Source: Paragordius varius
Lineage: Eukaryota; Animalia; Nematomorpha
Length of the DNA stretch: 64,000 nucleotides
Assembly: GCA_964247055.1 (NCBI GenBank)
Contig: OZ176057.1
Span: forward strand, 2,852,001 to 2,916,000
Reading direction: 5' to 3'
Shown: positions 37,719 to 52,873 of the stretch, piece by piece
Position numbering within the stretch: the stretch's first letter is position 1
Layout of the letters: every line of letters starts with the position of its first letter
The notes under the pieces: model-generated
What the model was told of the DNA's origin: nothing
Seen by the model: the letters and a program-made list of their open reading frames with translations, nothing else
Database searches by the model: none
Program-made: the position numbers and the translations under genes

Positions 37719-39589
37719 TTTACTTTTTTAGCCAAGAGAAAATAATACATCAATACAAATAAAACTTTTTCTGACAAAAGGATGTCATCATATATTATAT
37801 TCATTTTAAAAATTTTAAAAACTGGCCTCTATGGCTCAGGTCAAAAATAATATTTTAATAATTTCTTATATCGAATTTGAATGATGTTTCTTATATCCAA
37901 TGTTTTAATACAAATAATAATAAATGTATGCTTCATTTATATAATTTTAAAAATAAATTAATAAATATATACTGGATAATGATCAATAAATACCATTTAC
38001 AGTTCAAATTCACCCTAAAAATAAATTTTCTTTTTCGAATTAATATAACTCATTTTAATATGAATATCATTATGGCAATGTTTATTATTTTTTCAGTATT
38101 ATTTTAATTTTAAACAAAACTTTATTTTTAAAAATATATAAAAATATAGGTAATTTTTAATCTTAAAAAACATATAATTTATTTGAATTGTTCGAGGATG
38201 TTGAATTGTTCAAGGGTGAATATGAATTTTAAGAGTGAGTTTGAATTGTAAATGGTATAATACGTGAATTCAAATTTCGAGTATTATGTTCCCTTCATGC
38301 GTTGAGTTAATACAATATGATTAGAGATTTTACAGTAAAAATTAAAATTATAGGGACAAAAACCTAAAAATAAAAATACAAATATTTTTTTAAAAGACAA
38401 CCCTAATTATTCAAACCTTAATTATTCCTACATAAACTATTTGATTACATTTTTAAATGATTGAGTGTAATAATTTATATATCTAATCCCTATTTAGCAA
38501 CCCAAAACAATAGGAGAAGTTTTTGTTAGATTCTTAAAGCGTTTTTATACCGTTTATGCTTAAAAATGCATGAGAAGTACGCTTCAACAAAATTTTGAAG
38601 TAGTATGCATTTTTGAAAATTTTATTTGATGCCATAACTAACTTCATATTAAAAATTTTTATCCTGAAATCTCATCATTTTTGTGTTTATCTTAAAAAAG
38701 CCTCCCATTTTAGAATGGGGCAAATAATCTAGACCTTGTAGCAGGCCACTAAAATTAAAAAAAATATAATAACGTTGTTATGCTATTTACACATAGTATT
38801 TACAGTCATGTATCCTTTATTTTATCGAAAATTTACATTTTTTTTGTATGGGTATAAATATTTGGTAAAGAATGGAAAAACAAGAGCTCTATGGTATTAA
38901 CCATATCATTAAAAGAAGTGTGGGGGAAGGGTGTCGGAAATCTTTGGTAAAAATGAAGATCTTAATAAAGGGGAATGTAATATTTTTGTTAATTTTTTAG
39001 CAAAATTATTACTATTTTTTTCAAAAAAATTATTTTAAGCAAAACAAATAAACCACGTATATATTAATTTTTATATATAGGTAAAAAATATTATTATAAT
39101 TTATTTAATAGATATCACAATGAACAAAACAAAAATTATAACGGACAAAATATAAGGATGTAATCACTTCTATATTAAGGGAAAACATAGGGAATGAATA
39201 TTTATTATATAGTGTTCATAAAAATATATTATTGAACTGAATGCGTTTCATCCAAAAATGCTCTATTTTAGGAAATAAAATAATCATATGAATAACCATT
39301 TTACCACTATTTAACCCTATTGAATGTTTTTATTCTATGATAATTGTTTAAAAAAAGCAAGATATATCTGGAAATTATTTTCATATCGTACTGTGCGATC
39401 AAAGAAAAACAAAATCGTCTCTGATACTTACAATAAATGATGGTTAAAAATGTTTTCATTCACCAACCTTAGTTTTTTTTAAAAGCAACATCAATTAAAA
39501 CTCATTTTGAAAAATCATAATATTTTGAAGAGATTTTGTTTTTCTTTCGTCGCAAAATCTTTTGATTCTGCAATATTGTTCTTAGAATG

Positions 39590-39990
39590 TAGTGCATCTT
39601 GGTTTATTTCATAATAAAATTTTAATTCGTTAACAAAAAATTCAATAGGATTAAGTTGGGACAAATAAGGTGGTAAATATATAAGCTTGTTTCTTAAATT
39701 ACCTACAATAAAACATTTATGAATGGGTGCGTTGTCGCAAATACAAACGCATTTTGTGGTAACATGGCCAAAGCCTCCAAAAATGGCTTAAACGTGTCGC
39801 CATTGAACGCTCCCTGTTTGATGCTCTAATTAACATTACCCTGTATGGCAATCATACACAACAAAGAGACGTTTTTACATGTAATAAAATAATATATCTT
39901 TATTAAAGCCTTTTACGATAGGTGCCTGTCCTGACGGTGCCCGACCGAATATATTTTTTGCTATCAATGAAAACCCTGACTCATCTATTT
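39590..39990 (-). mobile_element. IS630/Tc1-like DDE transposase relic
   Basis: DESGF...GRAPSG; ICDNAPIH; LPPYLSQLNPIEFF. Confidence 0.8.
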
Positions 39991-41456
39991 AATAATGTGA
40001 CCAGATATTTTTAACTTGGGCGCAGTACAAAATTAAAACATACTTTGCCTGTTTTACACCATCGGTGTGGTATATTACACAGTTTCCGCAAAAAAATACC
40101 TTGATGAAATATATAATTTTTGAGAGGAAAATATCATGTTTTTTTAACCTTTCTGATAGGTTCTCCGTATATAATTGCAAACGGTGCGTAATTTTTCCAA
40201 ATATATTTTTTGGTGAAAGCTAAATGCTTTATTTCAAAAAATATCACTAAAATATAACATAAACTACTATAAAAAGCAAAAAATATTTTTAAAAATTTTA
40301 AAATTTTAGATGTGAGCTTTCCCAATTTTTTGGCTCTTTTAAAATGGACTGTTCTCCTAAAATAAACGCAAAAATTTGCAATAATTTTAAATATATACTA
40401 AATTTTGAAATTAACTAAATATATTTTTTAAAAAATGCACACTTTCAAAAATTTAATTTTTAGCAAAATTTTGTTAAAGCGTACTTCACATCATTTTTAA
40501 CATGATGGAAAAGATATAAACGGTTAAAATGTTATAATATTTTATATATAATGCTAATTGTCAATCGAAATTTTGATTAAATTATTCGTTCGTTTTCAAA
40601 ATTATGTTAAATAAAAATTGTCTGTTTTAAAAAAATTCACCAAAATTTTCAAGCAAAACCTTTAAATTAAACATCTGAACCTATAGTAATGTTCAACATT
40701 ATCGAATTATTTAGAAAAGGGATTTATTATATCTTAAAGCGTTATACCGTTTCCATCATACTTCAAAATCGTTAGAAGTACGGTTCAACAAAATATATCA
40801 AATTTATTTTACGGGAATAACAATTTTCCAAATAATTTTCCGTGTGATAATAACAAAAAATGAACTGTCTAAACTTGAACAAATATTGATTAAAATATCA
40901 TAAATTAATTTTTTTATTTTGAATTTTGAGGCACCTCTTTTTGAACCCTGAAAGTCATTAGCCTGAATCTTACGGTGTATATTCCGAGATCTAAAGTTTC
41001 GCCACGCGCGAAAAGCTGCAATCTTAATTTTATTATTTGAGCAGAAAATAAAATATTAACCAATAATGGGCCAATCTTAGTTTTTTACCGGAAAATGAAC
41101 CATTTCTTTAAAAATTACGGGATTATTTTTATTATAGGATACTATATTATGTTCTAAAATAATTTTTTTAATATAAAAGGTAATTAATATATATTTATAA
41201 AAATTAAATTTTTTTTATTTCAAAAACCAGTACAAAAGTGGGCGCAGTACAGGCGCAGCTTTTTTCTGAAAACCCAGTACTGTACTGCAAAAAACAGCCT
41301 ATCTGGTCACATTACTATAAAATAGATTTTGTCCAAGGGTATACCGTTCATAAGGCAGGCATACTTAAATCGTTTCTGAATTACCAGCAAGGAATCGCGC
41401 TGAGGTTCCATAATACACCTTTTGCGCGTATAGTTTATTATTTTGAAACATAAAGT

Positions 41457-41750
41457 TTATTTCCATTCTGTTGGTAATTTATTGAGATTCTCATCGATCG
41501 ATTCACTATGGAGGATTGTTTTGACCTGCCTGACTAAGCCTTCATTGCATTGCGTTTTCCTACCCTTTTTCAATGGCTCTTTCTTTATTCCCAAAATCAT
41601 GCTTCGTCTTATAGCATTTATGGAACTTATAGACATGAAATCATCTACAAAATGACGAGACGATAACTCATGATTTTTGGGATTACCGAAAATTTTGTAA
41701 GCCTTAGCCTTTTTTTCATCTGACCAAAAATGATATTCTAAAATTAACAA
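41457..41750 (-). mobile_element. THAP-domain relic of a DNA transposon
   Basis: NPKNHELSSRHFVDD...ILGIKKEPLKKG resembles the THAP C-terminal C/S-x2-HF motif. Confidence 0.5.
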
Positions 41751-42415
41751 AAACGGTATTTTTACCTTTTCCTCTACCGTTTAATGAATTTTCATTGTAT
41801 TATCGATTTTATTAACTAAATTCTAAATGTAAAAAAACCATCGTTGCCAGGCACATTACAATTTTGTTGTCTTATACCAGCGTCAACATATTCTGAATCT
41901 AACATTATAAAGGAAAAAAACCCGCAATACCAGGGTTACATCCTAACGAAATCGGATCAAAATGATTATTTAATATAGCATCTGTCGTGAATATCCCTTT
42001 TGAAATCGTTCCCATATCAAAACAAAAAAAATATAATTGAGATAAAAATTACGATTTTCCCAACCCTTTTATACAATAATTTTAAGTGAAGGGTTAGTTG
42101 TTAGTGTATTTTCATTTTTTACCAAAGATATCCGACGCCTCACACTTCTTTTACTTTTTTGATGAATATGATATGGTTAATACCAGGGAGCTCTTGTTTC
42201 CATTCTTTAGCAGATATTTATACCTATTTAACGAAACAAAGAAATGATAAAATAAAGGATACATGACTGTAATATATAAGGATAGCATTTATCTTTCAAA
42301 AAAATTATATTAAGTACGCAATTTTTATTTTTTAATAAAACCACCAATTAAATATTTTTTATATCACGTAAAGACCCAAAACAACAACAAAAATCCTAAT
42401 TTATTTTTCTTTTAG

Positions 42416-42495
42416 AATATTCAGGAAATTTCACTTATCCCGATTTTGTGCGCAATATATTTTTATCTGAATCCAATAAGAATTTAATAAAATAA
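42416..42495 (+). CDS. Candidate exon (x)YSGNFTYPDFVRNIFLSESNKNLIK-stop
   Basis: Strong acceptor (cctaat...tttttcttttag). NIFLS is shared with the gene 1 terminal exon; phase and end are uncertain. Confidence 0.35.
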
Positions 42496-43259
42496 TAAAA
42501 TTAATAATATTTTAAATCCATTTTAAAATCTTTCACTCTTCTTCACTGCTATATCTAGTGATAAACCGAAAAATGTTCTGGTTAAAATATGTTTTCTTAT
42601 ACAATCCACAATCTATGATATAGAAAAGTTGTTTTATAAAACCGTACATGAGCAAAATTATTGTTTGTATTAATAAATAAATTGGCTAATAATTCTACTC
42701 TTGTATTCTATTTTATTCAAAGCTAACTATTTCTGCATTATTATATCAATAACAGTTTCAATATTAGGGGTAAAACAACTTCATACTTGATAATTTTCTG
42801 CAAAAGATATCCTAATCCTCATCGCCAACTGTATAGGCTAAATGTAAATAATTATCTCTAATTGCATTCCATCTAATTTGCCCCAAATCAAAAAATTATA
42901 ATCGCATATGTTACGTCAAAAGTAAAAATTTTACTACCCTAAGATACTTTGCGCTTTACCGCCACATGAATACACAATCAGATATTGTCCAAGCAAAATA
43001 AAAAATATATATTCTAGAATAAAACAATAACTCTAATTATTACGAAATATACAAAACATGATGAAGTTCAGTAACCTAATGGAGACATTCAATAAAATAA
43101 AACAAACACTGATTATCCAAAATTTTCTTCTATTTAACCATAATACGACAAAAAAATATACAACATATTTGTAATAAAATAATATATTTAAAACATTCAT
43201 AGCCCTTATACTATTTCCACTTCAATTTGGCTCGCCAAAGCATTTAGAAAAATTTACAA

Positions 43260-45013
43260 AAATTAAATTAAAACTTAACCGTCAGCGAGCTGAAAGCGGC
43301 CCATAAATAATAATAGCTTTTTCAGAAAATTTAGCATTTATTGATTTAACCAATTACTTTTATATATCAATCTGATTGCACATAAACAAGCACGAATTGA
43401 CAACCATGTTTAACTATTATAAATCTTAATTTTTGATTTATTGGTTTAATTATTAATATTATATTGAAGAGTAAATAGTAGATCAAAGAAAATATAAATT
43501 ATTAAAGAATACCGCAAATTAAATGAAAACTAGACATCTGAATATTTCATTATTGCTAAGTCCAGACAAGACAATTAGTTTATTTACGAAAGAAGTACCA
43601 CAAAACATTCAAAAAATGCGATGAACAAAGCGTAATATTGGTCAGAACTTTTTGCTGTATTTCAAAATTAATTGCTTACAATAACCAACCATTTATTATT
43701 GGAACTTAAAAATGCATTTTAACATCCGTTACCGAGCCCCTGAATATATTAGGAAAAATTCAAAAATCTTATTATATCGGCTCACACCATCGTCCGAAAG
43801 ATAGATTGTATCTCGAGTAATCTGATCAACAAACTAATTGAAATTTCACAATATATATTTTTTAGTAGCAGCTGATGAAAGTAACAATATTACTAGCACC
43901 GCTCAGTTTTCTAATTTTTGTCCGTGTAGTTGAACTTTTGTATACAGAAGTTGCTACAGGGAAAAGCCTTCATGGAAACACAAAAGAAGAAGATATATAT
44001 TTGTACTCTTAGTTTTTTTAGTGTATGAACTTAAATGAAAAAATTTTAGAAGTATAACAACTTACGGTGCATGAAACATGACTGGGCACAACACTGTATT
44101 AATTTGATTACTAAAAAGTTAAATATTAAATATGAATCAATATCTAATAAATTTCATTGCTATATCATGCGCTTTGCGCGAAATTTTTTAATTTAAAAAG
44201 AGTTATGAATATTATGATAAAAACTCTCAATTGATCGTAAAATAACACGAGCCACAATTGTTTAGTAATTTTTGGATAGGAGCATGTTATTTACTTTTTA
44301 GAAGTGATGGCTTAGCCGCGGAAAAGTTTTAAAAAAATATTTCGAGTTGATTGATTAAAGTGTTTTTGGCTGCAAATGTTAATTATACCCCAAAATTATC
44401 AAATATTAAATGACTACGCGATTTAGCTTTTCTGGTTGATATCATAGGTTATTTAAATAAATTAATCACAACATTGCAAGGAAAGAAAAGTTAATCAACG
44501 ATTTATTTGGAAAATACCAGAAAATTTACAACTAGTAATTGATTTTTTGCAACCTAATATAAATATTTTAATGAAAATAATTTGATTACATTTTTATCAA
44601 TTCTACCTATCATGAATTTACTAATCCAATGATTTGCATTTTTTTAAGCACCTATTTATGCAAACAAACGTTTTCAAGAACACATTTTATAAAATTTAAA
44701 TAGTGAACCAGGTTGACTTATGAAGATTTGCAACACTTGTTGAATCACCAGAAACATAGATTTTCTAATAAATAAATGAAATAAATAAGGTATTATAGTC
44801 ATGTAGAATAGGATATCTCATATTTTTAGGGTAATTAAAAACGAGTGAAGTTGCCGAATCATAGTCACATTATTATTATTATAGCATGCAATTTTTAGAA
44901 TAAATATCCATTTTATTAATATTATATTGACATAGTATCTTATATTTTTAAGCCTAGGGCTCTTCTAAAATATTTTAAAAACAGCTCACCTCCAAATAAA
45001 GTCGCAGACACTG
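43260..45013 (+). mobile_element. hAT transposase relic (GTF2IRD2/SPIN-like)
   Basis: ADESNNITSTAQ, TTYGA*NMTG, LRDLAFLVDI..YLNKL...LQGK; terminus gcagacactg. Confidence 0.75.
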
Positions 45014-48000
45014 ATCTACATGGTTATTCTATGTAAATTAGATAAAAGGAAAAAATGTTATTATATGATAAATAAAATATTAAAAAATTTTTAAAATAAT
45101 AATGTTTATTCCATTTTTATGGCACATTATTAAACTTAATTTTTAAAAATAAACCTTATGCTTTTAAGGAAGTTGGTACCAGAACCAGGCTGGTTCCTAA
45201 AAATTTTAAAATGGCACCGGAGTGGTTAAGTTTTGGAACTAAACTGGGGTGGTTACTAGGAAAACGGAACCGCAACCGGGTTGATTCCAACTTAACCAAA
45301 CGGTTCTCAAAATACTCAGAAACCGGGTTCCGATTCCATCAAGGATCTACACAAATGGCTTTCGGCCGCATATAAAATCTCGGAGAGCGTGTTGTTTCTT
45401 TTCTAATTATATAATATTTTCGTTAACTCCCCTATGACGGATATTGTAAAATCCATAAACGAACAGCGTGACACTATAGATATTATTTAATTTAATATCG
45501 CTCTTCAACAAAAACTAACTGCATCGAGTTGTGTTAATTTGTGAATGTGTTCATCGAACAACAAACTTTAGGCGGCATTACTTTAAATTCATTGTTTTAG
45601 CCGCATTTTTGACTCAAATAATCCAGCGTGCTGCATTCGTAATATATATGTGAATTTAAAAGGAAAATATTTAAACATAAAAGTGGAATTTGATTCGTGC
45701 CAATCGGATAGATTTATTTAAAATTTGTTCAATAAATATCGATTATATTATATTTTGTGAGCATATTTCTATAATTTATGGATTTTTAATTTTTTCCCAC
45801 AAAAATTTGACCGCATACAGACCGCGTTGGGTAAATTTTCGTACAAAAAACAATTTTAACATAAATTTAAAAAACAAATAATTTATTTCAAGGTCTGAGT
45901 TAATAGAAATATTTAGTATGACCGAAATGTATGGATAAAGTGTTTTTTAATAAGCGTTTTTCCTATTCCATCATGCTTACCCAGTGACGTACCGAGCATT
46001 TGCGGCTCCCGGGATATAAAACTCTTATGCCACCCTCCCTCATCTTGATAGCCAATAAAACAATTTAGTATAAAAATACGTTGCAACCTAAACACCTTAG
46101 ATACAGCCTAGTCATATAAATTAAATATTATATATGAAACTTTATTCATTCGAATTATGTACAAATTCTATAATATGGAATTTATATATATATAAATAAT
46201 ACACTTTGATTTTCGTTGCATATATTGAATTGATCTTATGATAATGGCGAACAATAAAGATTCAAAAAATAATTGTATATATAGGCAAATTTTACAATAC
46301 AGATTTTAACGGAATTAAAATTTATGACAATATAATCCGTAAAATATTATGTTATAAATGAGATTTTACTACTTGGAAAGGAAAGAGGCAACTAAGAGAC
46401 TTTTGATATTGCATAATTATCTATCAATTATGTTATTAAAATCTCTCATATTTTATTCTTTTTCCACACTACCATGTTAAGTCATTCAAACGATCTTGAC
46501 CCAACGTCGATCGCATATATGTTAAAATTAATTTTAATTTGCTGAATGACATTTCACAACTAGCGATTGACGTTGAAATAAAAAGTATTTGAAGTGCAAC
46601 CCTTAAATTGGGAAACACATCTTCGCCGTTTGAAATTATATAGTTAAGAGTATCGGAGTTTTAGGTTTGACATCCTTTCGACTTAGGAATATCCTAAATC
46701 AAAAACTTCTATAAAAAGATTTGTTCCATTAAAGTATTGTATTCGCCTATAGATTTACAATTTTTTTTAAATCATTATTGTTATTGTTATTACGTGTCAA
46801 TAAAGTTTTGATATCTAACAAAAATTCAAATTTAGAATTCACATCTCATAGAGGATCGATTTTCCATTTCCATTCGCAATTTATTCAACACGTGTTTCAT
46901 AACACGAGATATTTCACTTTCTGCAGAAAAAATCACTCCACTGATTCTCCTGGGAATTTTGGCTTAGCACGGGTAGATATAGATATACATACATCCCAGT
47001 TTTCACATACAAATTTAGCTTTTTTATGGCTTCTTCTCAAAGTTGATTCGTAATATCTATTAATTATAGTTAAGTATTCAGGTCCTTAACACTTTGATTC
47101 ATTTGGGGTATCTATTACTTCAAACAATATTTGAATTGATATTTTTGGAAAATTACTGAAGGAAAAGGTTCCAATTATTAAGCCAAATATATAAATAAAA
47201 TTTAGTTTTGGAAAAAAAGTACCGTATAAACTATTTAGACGCCATTTTTATTTTACAAAATTTTTGCAAAATATGGTGTTTATTTGATTCTAAGCCTAAT
47301 AAGTTTAATTTATTAATAAAATCACATTTAACATTGATAAAAACAGAAAAAGTGGTATATTTTGCACTATTTTTGTATTTTGCTTATGGACACATGTCAT
47401 CTTTGATAAATTTTTACCTTTCGGTTTTGCCCTTGAATGAGTAATATCAAGTATTTTTGAATGAATATTTTATTATATTTTGGTTCATAAATGTTGTATA
47501 AGTGCAAACTTTTGCCATGGTTTAAATTTTTTCTATATATTTTGAAAAATTTATATTTAAACAAGCCTGGGGTATCTAACTACCTTAATTTGAATTGAAG
47601 GACTGAAATGAATGCGTTGCATCCAAGTGTTAGATGCTTTTTTATATTAATAATGATAACTTACCTTTATAGATGATATAATCTTGGGATGTAAATAAAT
47701 AAAATTGGGTTTTAAAATCGAATATGATTAATAAAGAGAAAAAATATTATTTTACATATATTTAATTAAAAAAAATCATTTCGGACCCCCTAAATAACGG
47801 CGCCCGGGGCATGATGCACCCACTTGCCCTCCCCCCTCAGTACGCCACTGTGCCTACCATAAAATAAGCATTATTTTAAATTGTTGCATAAAATTACCTT
47901 ATATTTGTAAATTTTTTTGCTAAAGAAACAGACATTTTAGAAGAACAAATATCTGTTTTGCTCTTTATATGAAGTTTATGATATATAATATTATACTTAG

Positions 48001-48149
48001 AATGAAGCATTCACAGCAAAAATTATAATATTACATATAAAACGTAAAATAACAAATATTGTTTTCTAAAAGACAACCATAGTTTTCAAATCTATTTTTT
48101 TTAGTATAAATCATTGTTAAAAATTATAAAGTATGACATAGAGATGTAT

Positions 48150-51100
48150 ATTGGTCTTATTTCAACCTGGGTGTCTTTCTCGTTTTCTTTTTCTTTGCTT
48201 GGTTCCTCCCCCACTTCCCGATTATTAGTTGTAATCCCTTCATCTGTTTGGTTTATCGTTAAATTATCCTCCTCCTCAACGCCGTTCTCGACTCCGGTCG
48301 GCCGTAATTGATCCGCATGCTTGCGAAGTGTTCGATTTCCATCTTTAACCGTGTACGAGAGTACCCCTGTTCTCTCCAAAATTGAACCTTTTCTCCACCC
48401 TGAATTGATTTCATTCTTTATGTACACTTCTTCGTCCGGTCTAAAAACTTGATTGGGAATTATGTCGTCCTCTAATTGTTGTGCGGGTGTTTCCCTAACC
48501 CAAGAGAAGGGGGTATTAATATGTCTTTTCAGAAATAAATTATACGGGCACTCTTTTGTGGCGCTATGTACGGCGGAGCGATAACCCCATAACACTTGGT
48601 TTATTTTTTTGTCAGGAGTCAGCTTAGAATCCGTTAACGATTTATAGTGTGCTTTTAAGGTGTAAATGACCCGTTCCACCAGCCCATTTGTTCGTGGATG
48701 ATAGGGGGCGCTAGTGACAGGTTTGATGTTTGCTCGTTGCAAGGTATCTTTAAAATCTTTCGATGCAAAATATGATGCATTATCGGTAACTATCATTCGG
48801 GGAAACCCGTACCTAACACACAAATTTCCAACCAATGTAGTATGTTTGCAGAGTTAACAGTTCTTAGCAATTCGACTTCAACCCATCTGGAGCTACTATC
48901 GATAGCTACTAACCAATACAACCCATCCATAGGACCGGCAATATCAAGATGTATCCTTTCCCAGATACTCGTATTAAAATTCCATTTGTATGTTGGATTA
49001 CTTTTTATGTTACTCCGGTTTAACTGACACCCCATACAAGATCTCACATAACTTTCAATATCTTGGTTTATACCTGGTCAATAAACCCTAGCCTTGGCAG
49101 ACTCTTTCATTACATTAGCCCCCGAATGTCCAACATGCAAAAATTTTAACGTTTCATTTCGCAACGTCCTGGGAATAAACAGACGATCGCCCCAATACAG
49201 CATCCCATATGATTGTTGTATTTCGTTTCTTATACTCAATATCGAATTTAAAATTGGAGCTAACCAATCATTATGATGTAGAGCCGATTTTAATGCCATC
49301 AAAAACTCATCCCGTAAAGTATTTTTTCATGCGCTGTGCGCTTAAGTTGTCAGTTGTTAGAAAGTTGATTTGCCTGGGTTGCTCCTCAACTTCCTCAGTC
49401 GGTTCTTCATACGGTAGACGAGATAACCAATCCGCTAAATTTTCCGAACCATTAATATATTGTATAGTAAAATTATAATCGGCTCTTCTGAGTATCCATC
49501 TTACTAATCTACTATTGTTAATATTACTTAGATCTCTCTTAAAGCCAAACAACTTGATCAGGGGTTTATGATCGGTTAATAATACGAACTTTCTGCCATA
49601 CACAAACATTTTAAAATTTTCTAGCGCATATAAAATTGCCCTTGCTTCTTTTTCAATTACCGAGAAATATTGTTCTGTCTTCGCACATTTTCGAGACGCA
49701 AAAGCTATCGGCCGTTTTCCCTCACTTGTCATATGTGATAAAACTGCTCCGAATCCGTCATTCGATGCATCTGTTTCCAACACTAACGGAAGGTTCGGAT
49801 TAAACATTATTAGACATAATGCATTACTCACCAACAGTTTAGCTTTATCAAAAACCCTCTCTTCTTTTGTCGATCAACACCATTTCTTAGAACCTGTAAG
49901 CGAATGTAAGTCCGCGATTGTAGCATGCAAAGATGGAATAAAACGAGCGTGAAAATTTAACATTCCCAAAAAAGACCGAAGTGATGTTTTATTGGTAGGT
50001 GTAGGACAATTCAAAATTGCTTTTACTTTTTCGTTATCAGGTTTAATTCCTTTGTCTGAAATTATATATCCTAAGTATGACACTGAGGAACGAGCTAATT
50101 GTATTTTATCCTTTTTTAATTTCAAACCCACAGCAGCTAATTTGTTCAACACTTTTTCTAAATTATGCTTATGCTCCCTTACCTTTGTTCCACTAACAAT
50201 TACATCATCTAAGTAAACCGCTGTACCTGGACAATCTTTTAATCATCCATAATTTGTTGAAATATCGTGGGTGCACTAGATATTCCAAATGGCAGTCTCT
50301 TAAACCGAAAAAGGCCTATATGTGAACTAAACGTGAGTAAATGTTGATAATCTTGGTGTATCGGCATTTGCCAGTAAGCTTCTTTTAGATCTAAGGTCGT
50401 AAAAACTTTTCCTTGCCCGATTTTAAACACTAACTGATCAAACGTTGGAATCAGATGATCTACAGGAACCAGACTTGGGTTTAAAGTAACTCTAAAATCA
50501 CCACATATGCGAATATCATTATCATTCTTTTTAACTATCACCAACGGAGTTACCCAGTCAATTCGTGTTTGCGAGGGGTTTATGGACTCTATAATACCCA
50601 GACTTTCAAGCCTCTTTAATTCATTCTCCACCTTAGACTGAAGCGGAATAGGTACCCTCCTGGCTGCAAATCTTTTGGGGATACTCCCTTTTTTGAGAAA
50701 CAACTTGATGGGTGGTCCCGTGTAACACCCCATACCCTCACAAAACATTTAAATTTATTCAATTCCACGTAATTAATATTTTTTACACATACCGCCTCTG
50801 ACTGCATTCAAAGCTTTTCATCCATGGTAACCCAAAAATGTTACCCCAATCATCCCTAGTAACCATACATTCCAACTGTTTGACCATACCATTCCATTTC
50901 ACATCTACCACACATTGTCCCATCACCTCTACACCTTGCTGGTTGAACCCAACTATTGGACCCGCGGGTGTTAAGGTCGGCCTCCCAATCTCCATCCACG
51001 TGCTCTTCCCAATCAATGATATTTGAGCTCCGGTATCGTACAACATCCTCACCCAATGGCCATTCAGACTTGCTTGCGTTCGGGCTTCATTATTATTATT

Positions 51101-52057
51101 ATTATTATTGTTACTCAGTATATTAACGCGCCGGCAACACCTGCCAAAATGACCACGTCCTTTGCATCGGTAACACTCCTTGTTTGAAGCGGGACACCAG
51201 TTGATCGCATGCACGTATCCCTATTTTCCACATTTTTTTCTTATTATCATAACCTGCCTATTGTCGGGACCCTGATCAATCAAACAGCTGTCCGCCTTTT
51301 CATACGCCATTGCCATTTCTACCACCATCTCCAACGTAACCGGTTTCCCATCAACCATTACATCTGGAAATTTTGTGAACAGATATATTTCCAATATTTT
51401 GAGTTGTAACCCTCCCACAAACCCATCTCTGATTCTTAGCATTGCATCTTGCCCAAAGTTGCACCGGGCAGCACATTCCTTTACTCGAATCAAAAAATCC
51501 ATCACTGATTCCGTGGCTTCCCTCCGGAGTTCTGTAAACTGCCTGGCTGCAAACACATTGTATGTCGGAGCAAATATTTTTTTCCCAGCTGCTACCAAAG
51601 CATACCAGCCCACTTCCTCTAACAGGACGGGATAAAAGAATTTCTTCAACTTTGGAATATGGGATAGACCAATGTAGGCCAATAATAAGTTTTTTTTTGT
51701 TTCGTCATCTTCTGGAATTAATTTCACTTTTAACATTCTCTTTATATAATCGATATAATCATCAAAGCTAGTTGCGGGATCATAGGCTTCCAGACTTAAT
51801 TTCTCCATGCGCGAATGTAATGAGGTAAAAAAAATTCGACCGCGCCAAATGTAGTAGTAAATCAAGAAACCGCAATAAGATTTATTGAGATAAAGTGCAA
51901 AAACTGAATTACATACAGTTTGCGATGTTTATATACTTTTTGTGAATATAATATTTACATGTTAAACCAAGGTAAAATAACGTGTGCAGAAATACAAAAT
52001 TGATACAATAGTTTAACTCATATATAAAAGGTCATCAAAATGTATTCAAATCTAACA
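48150..52057 (-). mobile_element. Decayed Ty3/Gypsy LTR retrotransposon (Mag/K02A2.6-like), gag-PR-RT-RH-IN, 3' LTR absent
   Basis: Gag ATG at 51808, two CCHC knuckles, DTGA, YLDD, TDAS/DHKPL, HHCC, DIAGP/TDNA/NGLVER. PBS-like TGGCGCGGTCG at 51837-51847. Confidence 0.93.
51850..52057 (-). repeat. Putative 5' LTR
   Basis: TG...CA termini on the minus strand, 2 nt from the PBS; contains TATATAAA and AATAAA. No second copy to confirm the boundary. Confidence 0.5.
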
Positions 52058-52286
52058 TATAAATTGGTCTAGGTTAATAACTTGATGTATTCTTATCTAT
52101 CAATCATATATATTGGATAAATCTAAAATTTAAAAAGTATGGTTTTGTAAGAAAATTTGTCCTTATTTTTTACAATTTATTCGTATATAACTTCAGTTAC
52201 TATAGCTTTAACCAAAAAAATTTATTGTAAAAAATATGCGCACATTTCCATTTTCTCATATGGAACATTTAACACAAGTAACTTTC

Positions 52287-52873
52287 TTAACACTTCGATT
52301 CAAATTGGGGTTTCTAAATACCCCAGACAAATTTTAAATTAATATTTTTAAAAAACTACTGAAGGAAACGGTCCCAATTTAAATTTATGGTTGTATCCTA
52401 ATAAAAATTATATAAATATGCAAAAATATCTTGATAAAATTTTGTTTTGAAAAAAAAGCTTCATGTCAAACTACTTCGACGCCATTTTTATTTTACAAAA
52501 TTTTTGCAAAATATCGTCTTCATTTAATTTTAAGGGTAAAATTAAAGGTAATTTTTTATTTAAATTACATCTAACATTGATAGCGAAACAAAAAGCGGTT
52601 TATTTTGTATTATTTATTAATTTTACTATTTCGCACATGTCACGTTGACGAAATTTTTACCTTTAGGTTTTAGCTCTAAATAAGTAATATCAAGTATTTT
52701 TAAAATTTTTTTATATAATTCGGTTTATTAATGTTACATAAGTGCAAAATTTTGCCATGGTTTTGATTCCTTCCATACTTTTTAAAGTATTATATTTTAA
52801 ACAGGCCTGGGGTATTTAACTACCCCAATTTGAATCGAAGGACTAAAATGAGTGTGTTGTATCCAAGTGTTAA
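52287..52873. mobile_element. TTAA-flanked MITE family (other copies ~17421-17976, 47086-47632, ~59860-60403, ~34480-34845 inverted)
   Basis: Termini TTAA-CACTT...AAGTG-TTAA and a shared interior (caaactacttcgacgcc...). Confidence 0.8.

Larger units (their letters stand above)
38770..42290. mobile_element. Composite element bounded by long inverted repeats (same family at ~34000-35060)
   Basis: aaagaagtgtgggggaagggtgtcggaaatctttggtaaaa (38.9 kb) versus its reverse complement (42.1 kb). Confidence 0.6.

Noticed and set aside
46778-47053. GC-richer segment with 91-aa ORF
   Set aside because: No recognisable motif on either strand; probably a TE relic that cannot be assigned.
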